This document shows, one piece after another, positions 50,165 to 58,513 of a DNA stretch of 64,000 bases. The DNA comes from Limisphaerales bacterium (GTDB lineage: Bacteria; Verrucomicrobiota; Verrucomicrobiia; Limisphaerales; SXQI01). Position numbers and translations under genes: made by a program. The stretch's first letter is position 1. The number at the start of each line of letters is the position of its first letter. Location: positions 73,706-137,705 of the forward strand of contig JBGAGW010000010.1 in the NCBI GenBank assembly GCA_044226545.1, read 5' to 3'. The notes beneath the pieces were generated by a model, which ran no database searches, was not told the origin of the DNA, and saw nothing but the letters and a program-made list of their open reading frames with translations.

Positions 50165-51639
50165 ATGACACCGACCGATTCTGACAATCATCAGACCGTC
50201 ATCAAAAATTTCATCCAACGCTGGACCGCTGCCGACGCCTCCGAACGTAGCAACAGCCAGCTCTTCCTTACCGAAATCTGCGATCTACTCGGCGTTCCTC
50301 GCCCCGAACCCACTTTCAAGAACGGTTACGCCTTCGAATTCACCGTCCAGGACCACGGCGATTCCGGTGACACCTCCGAGCGTCGCATCGATCTCTACAA
50401 GCGAAACTGCTTCGTCCTCGAATCCAAACAATTCCAGGCCAAACAAGAGGCCCTCAACCCCGTCGCCCAGGCCGTCGAAGACAGCGGCGTCACCCTCCGA
50501 AAAAAGCGCTCCGGCCCCATCCGCGGCACCGATCGCTACGACGACGCCATGATCCGCGCCCGCGGCCAGGCCGAACGTTACATTCGCGCTCTCCCCGACA
50601 CTGAGAAAAATCCTCCATTCCTCATCGTGGTCGATGTCGGCGACACCCTCGAACTCTACGCCGACTTTTCTCAGGCCGGTAAAGCCTATCTCCCATTTCC
50701 CGACCCGCGCCATTCCCGCATCCGCCTCGCTGATCTCGCGCACGAAAAAGTCCGCGACCAACTCCGACTCATCTGGACCGATCCCCTCAGCCTCGATCCC
50801 GCTCGCAAATCCGCCGAAGTCACCACCGAAATCGCCCGCCACCTCGCCGAACTCGCCAAATCCCTCGAAGCCGCCGGACACGCCCCGCAAAAAGTCGCCG
50901 AATTCCTCAGCCGCTGCCTCTTCTGCATGTTCGCCGAAGATGTCGGCCTCCTCCCCAAAAGCAGTTTCACCGACCTCCTCAAATCCATCGAACCCGAAGG
51001 CTTCCAGCCCATGCTCCAGCAGCTCTTCCGGGAAATGAACACCGGCACCGGCTACTCCACCATCCTCCGCAAAAAACTCCTCCAATTTAACGGCGGCCTT
51101 TTCGCCGATGACACCGTCCTCCCCGTCAATCGCGAGCAACTCATCCTTCTCCAACTCGCCTCCCTCCAGGACTGGCGCAACGTCGAGCCCGCCATCTTCG
51201 GCACTCTCCTCGAACCCGCCCTCAACCCCCACGAACGCCACAAACTCGGCGCCCACTACACCCCGCGCGCCTACGTCGAACGCCTCGTCCTCCCCACCGT
51301 TATCGAGCCACTCCGCGCCGAGTGGGAATCGTCCGCACCGCCGCCCTCACCCACGCTCGCACCGGCGCGCTCGACAAAGCCACCAAAGAAATCCGCGACT
51401 GGCACCACAAACTCTGCCAGGTCAAAGTCCTCGACCCCGCCTGCGGCTCCGGCAATTTCCTCTACGTCACCCTCGAACACATGAAACGCCTCGAAGGCGA
51501 AGTCTTCCTCGAACTCGAAAAATACGGCGATCGCGAGCTCACCTTCGAAATGCAGCACTTCAGCGTCGATCCCCACCAATTCCTCGGCATCGAACTCAAC
51601 CCGCGCGCCGCGCCCGCGAATATGGAACTCGTGTTCTGA
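50165..51639 (+). pseudogene. MmeI-like type IIL/IIG restriction-modification enzyme, N-terminal fragment, frameshifted and truncated
   Basis: [27 protein letters not shown] nuclease, FNGGLF, GAHYTPR; frameshift near 51330 (gaa tc gtc cgc acc), second frame carries motif [13 protein letters not shown] and GIELNPRAA, then stops; no NPPF motif IV. Confidence 0.88.
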
Positions 51640-51648
51640 TCGAACGCG

Positions 51649-53130
51649 TTAAACCGTCTGTTTGCGAACGAAGACCAACATATCGGAAATTTCCTCGCAG
51701 CGCGTCCAATTAGTGTCTGGCGAGGTCAACTGTAAAGGGCGTAGTTGAGCCGCAAGACCAGAATCGGTCACGAATTCTTGGATGGCACCCGGACTCATTT
51801 GACCGAGGGTCGCAAGCGCCCAATCACGGGCGACCGAAGAACCCTGCGCATAGAGAGCAATTAACCGCGGTGCTGAAATCGCAGGCGGAATAGTTCGGGC
51901 AAGAACGAATGAAGCGGACGCGCGTTTTCTCTGAGAGGCTTCTGCGTCTGCAAGAACTGCGACCAGTTCCTGAGCTTCGGATGATCCGGCGTCTGAGCCG
52001 AATGCGCAAACCGCATGAACGAGCTCGTCTTCGTCTTGCACATCGAGAAAGGCCAAAAGACTGTCGTAGGCACGAAGGCCATCCTTGCCGAGGCCCCAGA
52101 CAGCCGCCTGGCGCGCCTCGTCGTGGAGCAGAGCATCGGACTGAGCGTATTGCGTGAGCAAATCGGCACAGCGGCCGGCGAGCGGCGTTCCGCGTAGTTC
52201 TGACAGCGCGAGTATTGCCTCCATGCGTAAGTAAGGAATTCGCGGCCGATCGACCGCGGCTGTAAGTAACGTGACGCCCTGTTCGTTGCCGAGCCGCACG
52301 AGAGAGGCAGCCGCTTCAAGTGCAACGCGATCCTCCGGGTCATTTTCAGCAATGTTCCTGATAACAGGAAAGTCAGCAGGGGTACCAACTACTCCGAGAG
52401 CTTTCACCGCAACATAGCGATCCACGGGCGACGGCGAACTGATAAGGTTGCGCGGGTTCCACTGGCCGTCCTGAGAATTGGGAAAAGCGGCCTTTCGGAG
52501 CGGAATTCCGGCAAGAAACTGCGTGCCTCCGAAAAAGCGTTGTCCTCCTGCAAAGTAGGCAGTCTTACCGCGAAGCGTGTAGGTCTGATTTCGTCCGTTT
52601 TCCAGGCGAGTTGCGATTCGAGCATCATCAACGGCTTGTACGACGCCACTTGCACTTGCAACGATGGACGGCCACTCCCGGTCCCGCTCCGCTCCCTCGC
52701 TGGCAGATTTTGCAGGACCAAGGCGGCTGTTAGCTTCTGTGATTTGCAGGTCCTCGACCCAAAAGAGCTCAGCGTTGTCGGCTGCCTGCAACGTTGCGTC
52801 ATCTGCTTCGCGGACCAACACGAAGGCAATCATGTCGCGAGGTGCAAGCCCCGTGTTCCACCGTCGATCAGGATTCGAAGGAGCGTCGCTCATTTTAATG
52901 GTCAGAACGCTCTTCGCTCTGACTTCAACGCGGAGACCTGTGCGGACGCAAAGCAGATCGGGCAACCTCAGACGTTTCACTTTAGTTGACCAGATCTTGT
53001 TGCTTCGGGAGTAGCGCTCCAATTCAATGGGCTGCAAACCGGCATCGGACATAAGCGTGCAGACTCGGCGCACGCCGAGGGCACCCATGGTGAGAAACCT
53101 CAGAAAACTGGAATCAATCTTTAATCCCAC
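51649..53130 (-). CDS. Putative endonuclease: N-terminal PD-(D/E)xK-like domain plus C-terminal HEAT/PBS-lyase repeats
   Basis: P57-D58...E69-V-R-A-K73; repeats such as DRYVAVKALG, ALEAAASL, RMEAILAL, RQAAVWGLG, RDWALATLG; occupies the R position of a C-R / M divergon. Confidence 0.6.
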   Translation of the reverse strand: MGLKIDSSFLRFLTMGALGVRRVCTLMSDAGLQPIELERYSRSNKIWSTKVKRLRLPDLLCVRTGLRVEVRAKSVLTIKMSDAPSNPDRRWNTGLAPRDMIAFVLVREADDATLQAADNAELFWVEDLQITEANSRLGPAKSASEGAERDREWPSIVASASGVVQAVDDARIATRLENGRNQTYTLRGKTAYFAGGQRFFGGTQFLAGIPLRKAAFPNSQDGQWNPRNLISSPSPVDRYVAVKALGVVGTPADFPVIRNIAENDPEDRVALEAAASLVRLGNEQGVTLLTAAVDRPRIPYLRMEAILALSELRGTPLAGRCADLLTQYAQSDALLHDEARQAAVWGLGKDGLRAYDSLLAFLDVQDEDELVHAVCAFGSDAGSSEAQELVAVLADAEASQRKRASASFVLARTIPPAISAPRLIALYAQGSSVARDWALATLGQMSPGAIQEFVTDSGLAAQLRPLQLTSPDTNWTRCEEISDMLVFVRKQTV

Positions 53131-53377
53131 GGTGGATTTCTTTCAACGTTTTGGCGCGCGAAGGGACGCCCGGGACAAGTTTTGCGATAGTGGTTCCGAG
53201 CGCTCTCGCGAGCTTTTCCATGTTGTCGATCGAAATGTTTCGCTCCCCGCGCTCGACGCCGCCGACGTAATTCCGATGAAGGCCAGAAAGCTCCGCGAGA
53301 CCTTCCTGTGAAAGGCCTTTTGCGACTCGGACTGTTCGGACGTTTCGAGAGAAGAGTTGTCTTGCGCTCGAAGACAC
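53114..53377 (-). CDS. XRE-family HTH controller (C protein-like)
   Basis: FSRNVRTVRVAKGLSQEGLAELSGLHRNYVGGVERGERNISIDNMEKLARAL; GTG start inferred; 17-nt overlap with the downstream gene. Confidence 0.9.
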   Translation of the reverse strand: MSSSARQLFSRNVRTVRVAKGLSQEGLAELSGLHRNYVGGVERGERNISIDNMEKLARALGTTIAKLVPGVPSRAKTLKEIHRGIKD

Positions 53378-53420
53378 GCGAGAATCTTGTAGAAGATTGT
53401 GGAGAATTACTCTACACACT
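53378..53420. promoter_or_regulatory. Divergent C/M control region with two adjacent palindromes (candidate C-boxes)
   Basis: aatctt-gtag-aagatt (53383-53398, perfect) and gtggagaa-tta-ctctacac (53399-53417, 6/8). Confidence 0.55.
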
Positions 53421-54437
53421 ATGAGTGTGATTCCTGAACGACCTGTTTACACGAGTGAGCTTGGTGCAGCCTATTGCGGAGACTCCGTGAAGCTGCTGGC
53501 ACAGCTTCCGGACGAGAGCGTAAACCTGGTGATGACCTCGCCGCCTTTTGCGCTCCAGCGTGAGAAGGAGTACTTGGACCGGTCCGCAAACAAAACGCAA
53601 GATGACTACGTGGAGTGGCTGGCTCGCTTTGGGGAAGTGGTCTTAAGGAAGCTGCGCCCAGACGGATCTTTTGTGATCGATATTGGCGGGGCGTACGTGA
53701 AAGGAGCGCCAGAAAGAGCACTTTATCCGTTTCGGGTGCTGCTGAAATTCTGCGACGAGCTTGGGTTTAAACTGGCGCAGGATTTCTACTGGCACAATCC
53801 CGCGAAGCTGCCCTCTCCTATCGAGTGGGTGAATAAGCGGAAGCTGCGGACGAAGGACTCCGTTAACACCGTTTGGTGGTTTTCGAAAAATGCGTGGCCG
53901 AAGGCGGATGTGAGAAAAGTTTTGGCGCCATACAGTGATAGAATGAAAAAACTCCTACAAGATCCAGCCGCCTTCTATACGCCAGCGAAGCGGCCAAGCG
54001 GCCATGATATCGCCGATACTTTTGGCAAAGACAATGGCGGGGCAATTCCGCCAAACCTGCTGCAAATCCCTAACACCGAAAGTAACGGTCCTTATTTAAG
54101 GGCGTGTAAAGTAGTCGGGGCACACCAACACCCGGCGCGTTTCCCGGCAAAATTGCCAGAGTTCTTTATCCGTTTCCTGACGGAGCCCGACGATCTAGTT
54201 ATCGATATTTTCGCTGGCTCGAACACTACGGGAGCCGTAGCGGAGGCGGAAAGGAGAAGATGGCTCGCATTTGACGTGAGCTTGGATTACTTGGCGGCTT
54301 CCGCCTTTCGCTTTACTGATCCCGATCTTCCAGAGTCCGAAATGACCGAGATGTATGGTGCGATGCTCAGGGGCGAGACTGTCGATACGAGAGCTTTTGT
54401 GCGACAAGGTGTGTTTCTAGAAATGCATGAGGAATAA
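53421..54437 (+). CDS. Beta-class N4-cytosine DNA methyltransferase, M.PvuII-like
   Basis: VMTSPPFAL (motif IV), LPSPIEWVNKRK, VLAPYSDRMKKL, RPSGHDI, HPARFPAKLPEFFIR, DIFAGSNTTG (motif I); these blocks match M.PvuII as I remember it. Confidence 0.92.
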   Translation: MSVIPERPVYTSELGAAYCGDSVKLLAQLPDESVNLVMTSPPFALQREKEYLDRSANKTQDDYVEWLARFGEVVLRKLRPDGSFVIDIGGAYVKGAPERALYPFRVLLKFCDELGFKLAQDFYWHNPAKLPSPIEWVNKRKLRTKDSVNTVWWFSKNAWPKADVRKVLAPYSDRMKKLLQDPAAFYTPAKRPSGHDIADTFGKDNGGAIPPNLLQIPNTESNGPYLRACKVVGAHQHPARFPAKLPEFFIRFLTEPDDLVIDIFAGSNTTGAVAEAERRRWLAFDVSLDYLAASAFRFTDPDLPESEMTEMYGAMLRGETVDTRAFVRQGVFLEMHEE

Positions 54438-54444
54438 TGCACCG

Positions 54445-55173
54445 CGACCCTGCCCGGCTTGCACCGGCGCCCAACGCGAACGAATCCGCAAAATCGCCGA
54501 AGAACTCGACGCCCACTCCAAATGCATCCAGGCGCAACATGACGGCCTCACCCTCACCGGCATGTACAATGTCCTCGCGCAACTCCGCGCGAACCAACCC
54601 CTCACCCCAAAAGAAAAAGACATCCACGACAAAGGCCTCGTCTACGTCCTCAAACAACTCCACGACGATCTCGACGCCGCTGTCTTCGACGCCTACGGCT
54701 GGCCGCCCACGCTAACCGACGCCGAAATCCTTGAACGCCTCGTCGCGCTCAACGCCGAACGCGCCCGCGAAGAAGCCGCCGGTCACATCCGCTGGCTCCG
54801 CCCCGACTACCAGATTCCGCTCTTCCAAGAAACCCCGGTTGGGACGCGTTCCACCGCGTCCCAAACTTCCGAACCAACGTCCGAACTCGACCTGAAAGCG
54901 GAGTCCACCGAGAAGTCCAATAAGAAAACCAAACCAGCAAACCGCAGTCCGAAAGCCTCAATTGCTAAGCACCCCTGGCCTACCACCCTCCCCGACCGCA
55001 CCAAAGCCCTTCTCGCCCTCATCCAGGACCACGGCTCCAAACCGTTCACCGCCCAGGAAATCGCCCGCTCTTTCACCCGCGCCCAAACCGCACAGGTCAC
55101 CGAAATCCTCGAAACCCTCTGCGCCATCGGCAAAGCCCGTAAAGGAAGCAAACCGGGAACTTATCTATCATAG
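54445..55173 (+). pseudogene. MmeI-like enzyme, orphaned C-terminal fragment
   Basis: QRERIRKIAEELDAH...GLTLTGMYNVL...LHDDLDAAVFDAYGWP...EILERLVALNAERAREEAAGHIRWLRPDYQ; no credible own start. Confidence 0.85.
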
Positions 55174-55193
55174 TCGGTGGCGATCGAGCGCGT

Positions 55194-55520
55194 ATGAGCG
55201 GGGTTTTGAAGACTTCGACTTCCTTCCGGACGACAAATTTCCGTGGGAAGATATTGAGGCAGCGTTGCGTGATCTCTCGCTTCAAGCTGAACACCCCCCT
55301 CGAACAGCGCCTAAAAGATTTCCTGTCCGACGCCCGACCCTACCCAAAATGTGGACGCAGGCCAGAATCTCTGACTTGGTTCTATTTCAGCAGCCCTCCA
55401 GGCACTTGGGAACTCCTCTGCGGCCGCGCCGGCTGGATGACGATCTGCGAACCTTGCCGCGAGCAAGTCGATTTCTTTCTGGATGATGAGCTGAGCGCCA
55501 GTCCGGAGGACGAAAGATAA
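55194..55520 (+). pseudogene. Small Cys-containing protein, probably decayed or double-frameshifted
   Basis: C-terminal half protein-like (WFYFSSPPGTWELLCGRAGWMTICEPCREQVDFFL); an alternative frame gives FPWEDIEAALRD before a C6 run at 55294-55299; stop supplied by a REP. Confidence 0.45.
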
Positions 55521-55578
55521 TAGCCACCGATTTGTCGGTGGGGCATACCAGGGGAGAAAATTGAGTCCCTTCAGGGAC
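55501..55578. repeat. REP element, ATAGCC / GTCCCTTCAGGGAC class
   Basis: gtccggaggac, ataatagcc, ccaccgatttgtcggtgg, agtcccttcagggac. Confidence 0.65.
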
Positions 55579-55644
55579 AACAGCGAATTGGTTCTCGCTT
55601 CCCACGCGCTGGACCTCATTGCTGTCATCCTTTGACATCGAACT

Positions 55645-55672
55645 TTGCATTGTTCCCTCGGGCGCGTATAAT
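55645..55672 (+). promoter_or_regulatory. Sigma70-type promoter
   Basis: TTGCAT-16nt-TATAAT. Confidence 0.55.
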
Positions 55673-56203
55673 ATTAGGTATATGACACTGAACTCTATTC
55701 AGTGTCGCCAGAGCCTCCGGAATGCCCGAAGAAACCACCCGTTTCTTCAGACCTTCCACGGCGCGCGGACCGTGTGGTCCATCCGCCGCCGAGGCGACTT
55801 CGGCGACACACTCTTTGCTGGCGTGGGTAGCACAGGCGCCCGCCCGCCCAGTTTCGCGCCTTTGCCGGACAGCTTTTACCCGTTCCGCCCCCTCTTTGCT
55901 GATCTCTCAACCCTCAACTTTGAACCCTCAACCAATTCCCCACTAAGCCAGTCGAGATTGTTGTACCTCCATACCGAAAATTTTCTTGGGCCAAAATGTT
56001 GTCTTTTCCGACGTAAGTCCTTGATTTCGCATTTTCCACCTGAAACTCCGCGATCTCCGCGCCTCCGCGTGAGACCTCTCCGGTGTGGTCAACCCGCCGC
56101 CAGTCAGTCGGCTTCCGCATCACAAAAGCGGGTTCAGAGTTCTCGGCCCCTGCGTTTCGCACTTTTGTTTGCTTTGAAGAGGGGTTCTCCACAAAATAGA
56201 AAC

Positions 56204-57280
56204 ATGCTTCAACTTGCGATTTGTATTGTTTTGTCGTTGTGCATTCTCCAGGCGCTGGCGGTTGCGCCAGCGGAACGAGTCACGGAAAAGCCTTGGGGAA
56301 CCACCCCCGACGGGAAACCGGTCAAGCTTTTCACTCTGCGGAACGCCAAAGGAATGACGGTGAGCGTCATGGAATACGGCGGGGTGATCACCGAAATCCA
56401 GGCGCCGGACAAAAACGGAAAGACCGTCAATGTCGTCCTCGGCGCGAACAGTTTCGACGAATATATGAAGGGGTTTGCGGGGTCCGCTGCGTTGATCGGG
56501 CGATTTGGGAACCGGATCGCTGACGCGCGATTCACGCTCGACGGGAAGGAATACAAACTGGCGGCGAACAACGGGAAAAATCATTTGCATGGCGGTCCGA
56601 AAGGTTTTGCCAGCCAGGTCTGGACGGGAAAAGCGTTGCCACCCAAAAACAATGAGTCTGCGGTCGAGCTCACCTATTTCAGCAAGGACGGGGAGGAAGG
56701 TTATCCGGGGAATTTGAATGTGAAGGTGACTTACACGCTGAACGATAACAACGAGTTCAGCATCACCTATGAGGCGAGCACCGACAAAGCGACGCCGGTG
56801 AACCTGACGAACCACGCCTATTTCAATCTCGCAGGTGATGGAGATTGCCTGGATCACGTTTTGTGGCTGGCCGCGGACAATTACACGCCCGTCGACGATG
56901 GGTTGATTCCGACAGGAGAAGTAGCCTCAGTAAAGGGAACGCCCCTGGATTTCACGAAGCCGACGCGGGTGGGCGAACGGTTCAATCAGCTTCCGCCCAA
57001 GCTGAACGGATACGATCATAATTTCGCCATCAATGGCGGTGGCGGATCGATGGTGCTCTGCGCCCGCGTGACCGAACCGAAGACCGGACGAGTGATGGCG
57101 GTCACAACGGATCAGCCAGGGGTCCAGCTCTATACGGGAAATCATTTGAAAAACCGCGCCCTTTGCCTCGAGACGCAACATTTTCCGGATTCGGTGAACA
57201 AGCCGCAATTTGCTAGCCCCATCGTTCGACCCGGTAAACCGTTCAAGAGCGTGACGGTGTTTGCGTTTTCGGCCAAATAA
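56204..57280 (+). CDS. galM: Aldose 1-epimerase (galactose mutarotase), exported
   Basis: IGRFGNRI, NHLHGG, GYPGNL, NLTNHAYFNL, GYDHNF, QLYTGN, CLETQHFPD; signal peptide from 56204. Confidence 0.95.
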   Translation: MLQLAICIVLSLCILQALAVAPAERVTEKPWGTTPDGKPVKLFTLRNAKGMTVSVMEYGGVITEIQAPDKNGKTVNVVLGANSFDEYMKGFAGSAALIGRFGNRIADARFTLDGKEYKLAANNGKNHLHGGPKGFASQVWTGKALPPKNNESAVELTYFSKDGEEGYPGNLNVKVTYTLNDNNEFSITYEASTDKATPVNLTNHAYFNLAGDGDCLDHVLWLAADNYTPVDDGLIPTGEVASVKGTPLDFTKPTRVGERFNQLPPKLNGYDHNFAINGGGGSMVLCARVTEPKTGRVMAVTTDQPGVQLYTGNHLKNRALCLETQHFPDSVNKPQFASPIVRPGKPFKSVTVFAFSAK

Positions 57281-57352
57281 TCGAACACGTCTTCATGGAA
57301 TTGCCGGTTGACGAATAGTTGACGCTTCGAACGAATTTGGCAGTATTACCAT

Positions 57353-57898
57353 GTGACTGTAGCCAGCGACAGAGGTGAGTTAGAGGAACTGCTCGGTCTC
57401 CGCGACCTCGTCATCGACGAAAGACGGCGTGTTGATCGACTCCTGGACCGGATCGAGCGGGTCTTGCAGCGAAAGCGAGCCAATACTGGCAGGCGCGGAA
57501 AGGCGCAGACTTTGGCAGCTCGTCGGAGCCCACTGGACGATCTGAAAAACGTGATCGGAGTTACGAAGGACCTTCGATTGCCGAACGGCAAGCTTTCTGT
57601 CGAACGAATGGCCAAACTCTACGGAGTTAGTCTGAGTCAATTCGGAATCTGGCTTGGACGGTCCAAGCAAGCGTTGAGCAAAACGCCGGACGCAGACTCG
57701 TTGCAGAATGAATTGGGTTATTTTGAACGGGTCGCCCGCCTCCGCGCAGTTACGGCGAATGACGCAGAGTTCCGCAAATGGTTGCGCATGCCGAATGACA
57801 CGCTGGGCAGCCGAACTGCCCTGGAGCTTATCGCGCGAGGTCAGTGGCAGGAGGTGGCCGACAAGGTGGACGATATTCTGACGGGAATGCCGAGCTAA
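57353..57898 (+). CDS. Xre/MbcA/ParS-like antitoxin (DUF2384-type C-terminus)
   Basis: HTH-like LSVERMAKLYGVSLSQFGIWLG, C-terminal FRKWLRMPNDTLGSRTALELI; TAATG coupling to the RES gene. Confidence 0.85.
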   Translation: MTVASDRGELEELLGLRDLVIDERRRVDRLLDRIERVLQRKRANTGRRGKAQTLAARRSPLDDLKNVIGVTKDLRLPNGKLSVERMAKLYGVSLSQFGIWLGRSKQALSKTPDADSLQNELGYFERVARLRAVTANDAEFRKWLRMPNDTLGSRTALELIARGQWQEVADKVDDILTGMPS

Positions 57899-58470
57899 TG
57901 CCCGACTTCTCGCAGAAACTGGCGGAAGCACCCACAGTCGTTTTCAAACGCACGCTGGTCCGAGCCGTCGCTGCGGCCGCTTTGTTTCCAAACAGCAAAT
58001 GCGCATCGGCGGATTTTCTTTTCACGTCCGGAAAGGAAAACCGATTCAATATGGCCGGCACCTCATGTCTGTATTTCTCAGAATCCGAAGCCACCGCTCT
58101 GGCTGAATATCGGCGGCAATTTCAAGGCCTGGAATACGGAACCAAACAGCCAGTAACATTGTTCTTTGCGGACGTTTGCTTGCAACGTGTGCTTGATCTG
58201 GAAGATGCACAGACCCGTGACTTGCTGGAGATAACCGAGAGAGATCTCGAGAGCAATTGGGGCTATGGATCGCCACCCGCGATCACGCAACGGCTCGGTG
58301 AGGCAGTCGCGGCACAGCGGAAAATTTCCGCGATCCGTTATCCGTCCGTAGCCGCCCACAAAAACCGAATCGCCGGATTCAACGTTGTGATTTACAAAGC
58401 AGGCGTGCGTGCGCCGGATTTTGTCCACATTCTCGGCCCCACGAAGAAACCGATTCAAAAACTACCGTGA
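57898..58470 (+). CDS. RES-domain toxin (MbcT/ParT-like)
   Basis: GKENRFN, CLYFSESEATALAE, VLDL, TQRLGEA, AIRYPSVA, NVVIY; start at ATG 57898. Confidence 0.88.
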   Translation: MPDFSQKLAEAPTVVFKRTLVRAVAAAALFPNSKCASADFLFTSGKENRFNMAGTSCLYFSESEATALAEYRRQFQGLEYGTKQPVTLFFADVCLQRVLDLEDAQTRDLLEITERDLESNWGYGSPPAITQRLGEAVAAQRKISAIRYPSVAAHKNRIAGFNVVIYKAGVRAPDFVHILGPTKKPIQKLP

Positions 58471-58513
58471 CAGAACAGCGCGACATACGGAGTACGGCTT
58501 GAACCGACAAACC

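Noticed and set aside
50285-51256. 323-aa antisense ORF rich in Gly/Glu/Phe/Val
   Set aside because: Shadow of the C-rich MmeI-like gene; strong skew removes stop codons from the opposite strand. The same applies to most short overlapping ORFs in the track.
51640-54444. RM cassette as a transposon or integrative element
   Set aside because: No transposase, integrase, terminal inverted repeats or true target duplication; the host gene lost sequence, which indicates replacement rather than simple insertion.
55619-56203. 195-aa N-terminal extension of galM in the ORF track
   Set aside because: It crosses a promoter, hairpins and microrepeats, and a proper signal peptide begins at 56204. Only the possible short leader ORF from 55682 is kept as a hypothesis.
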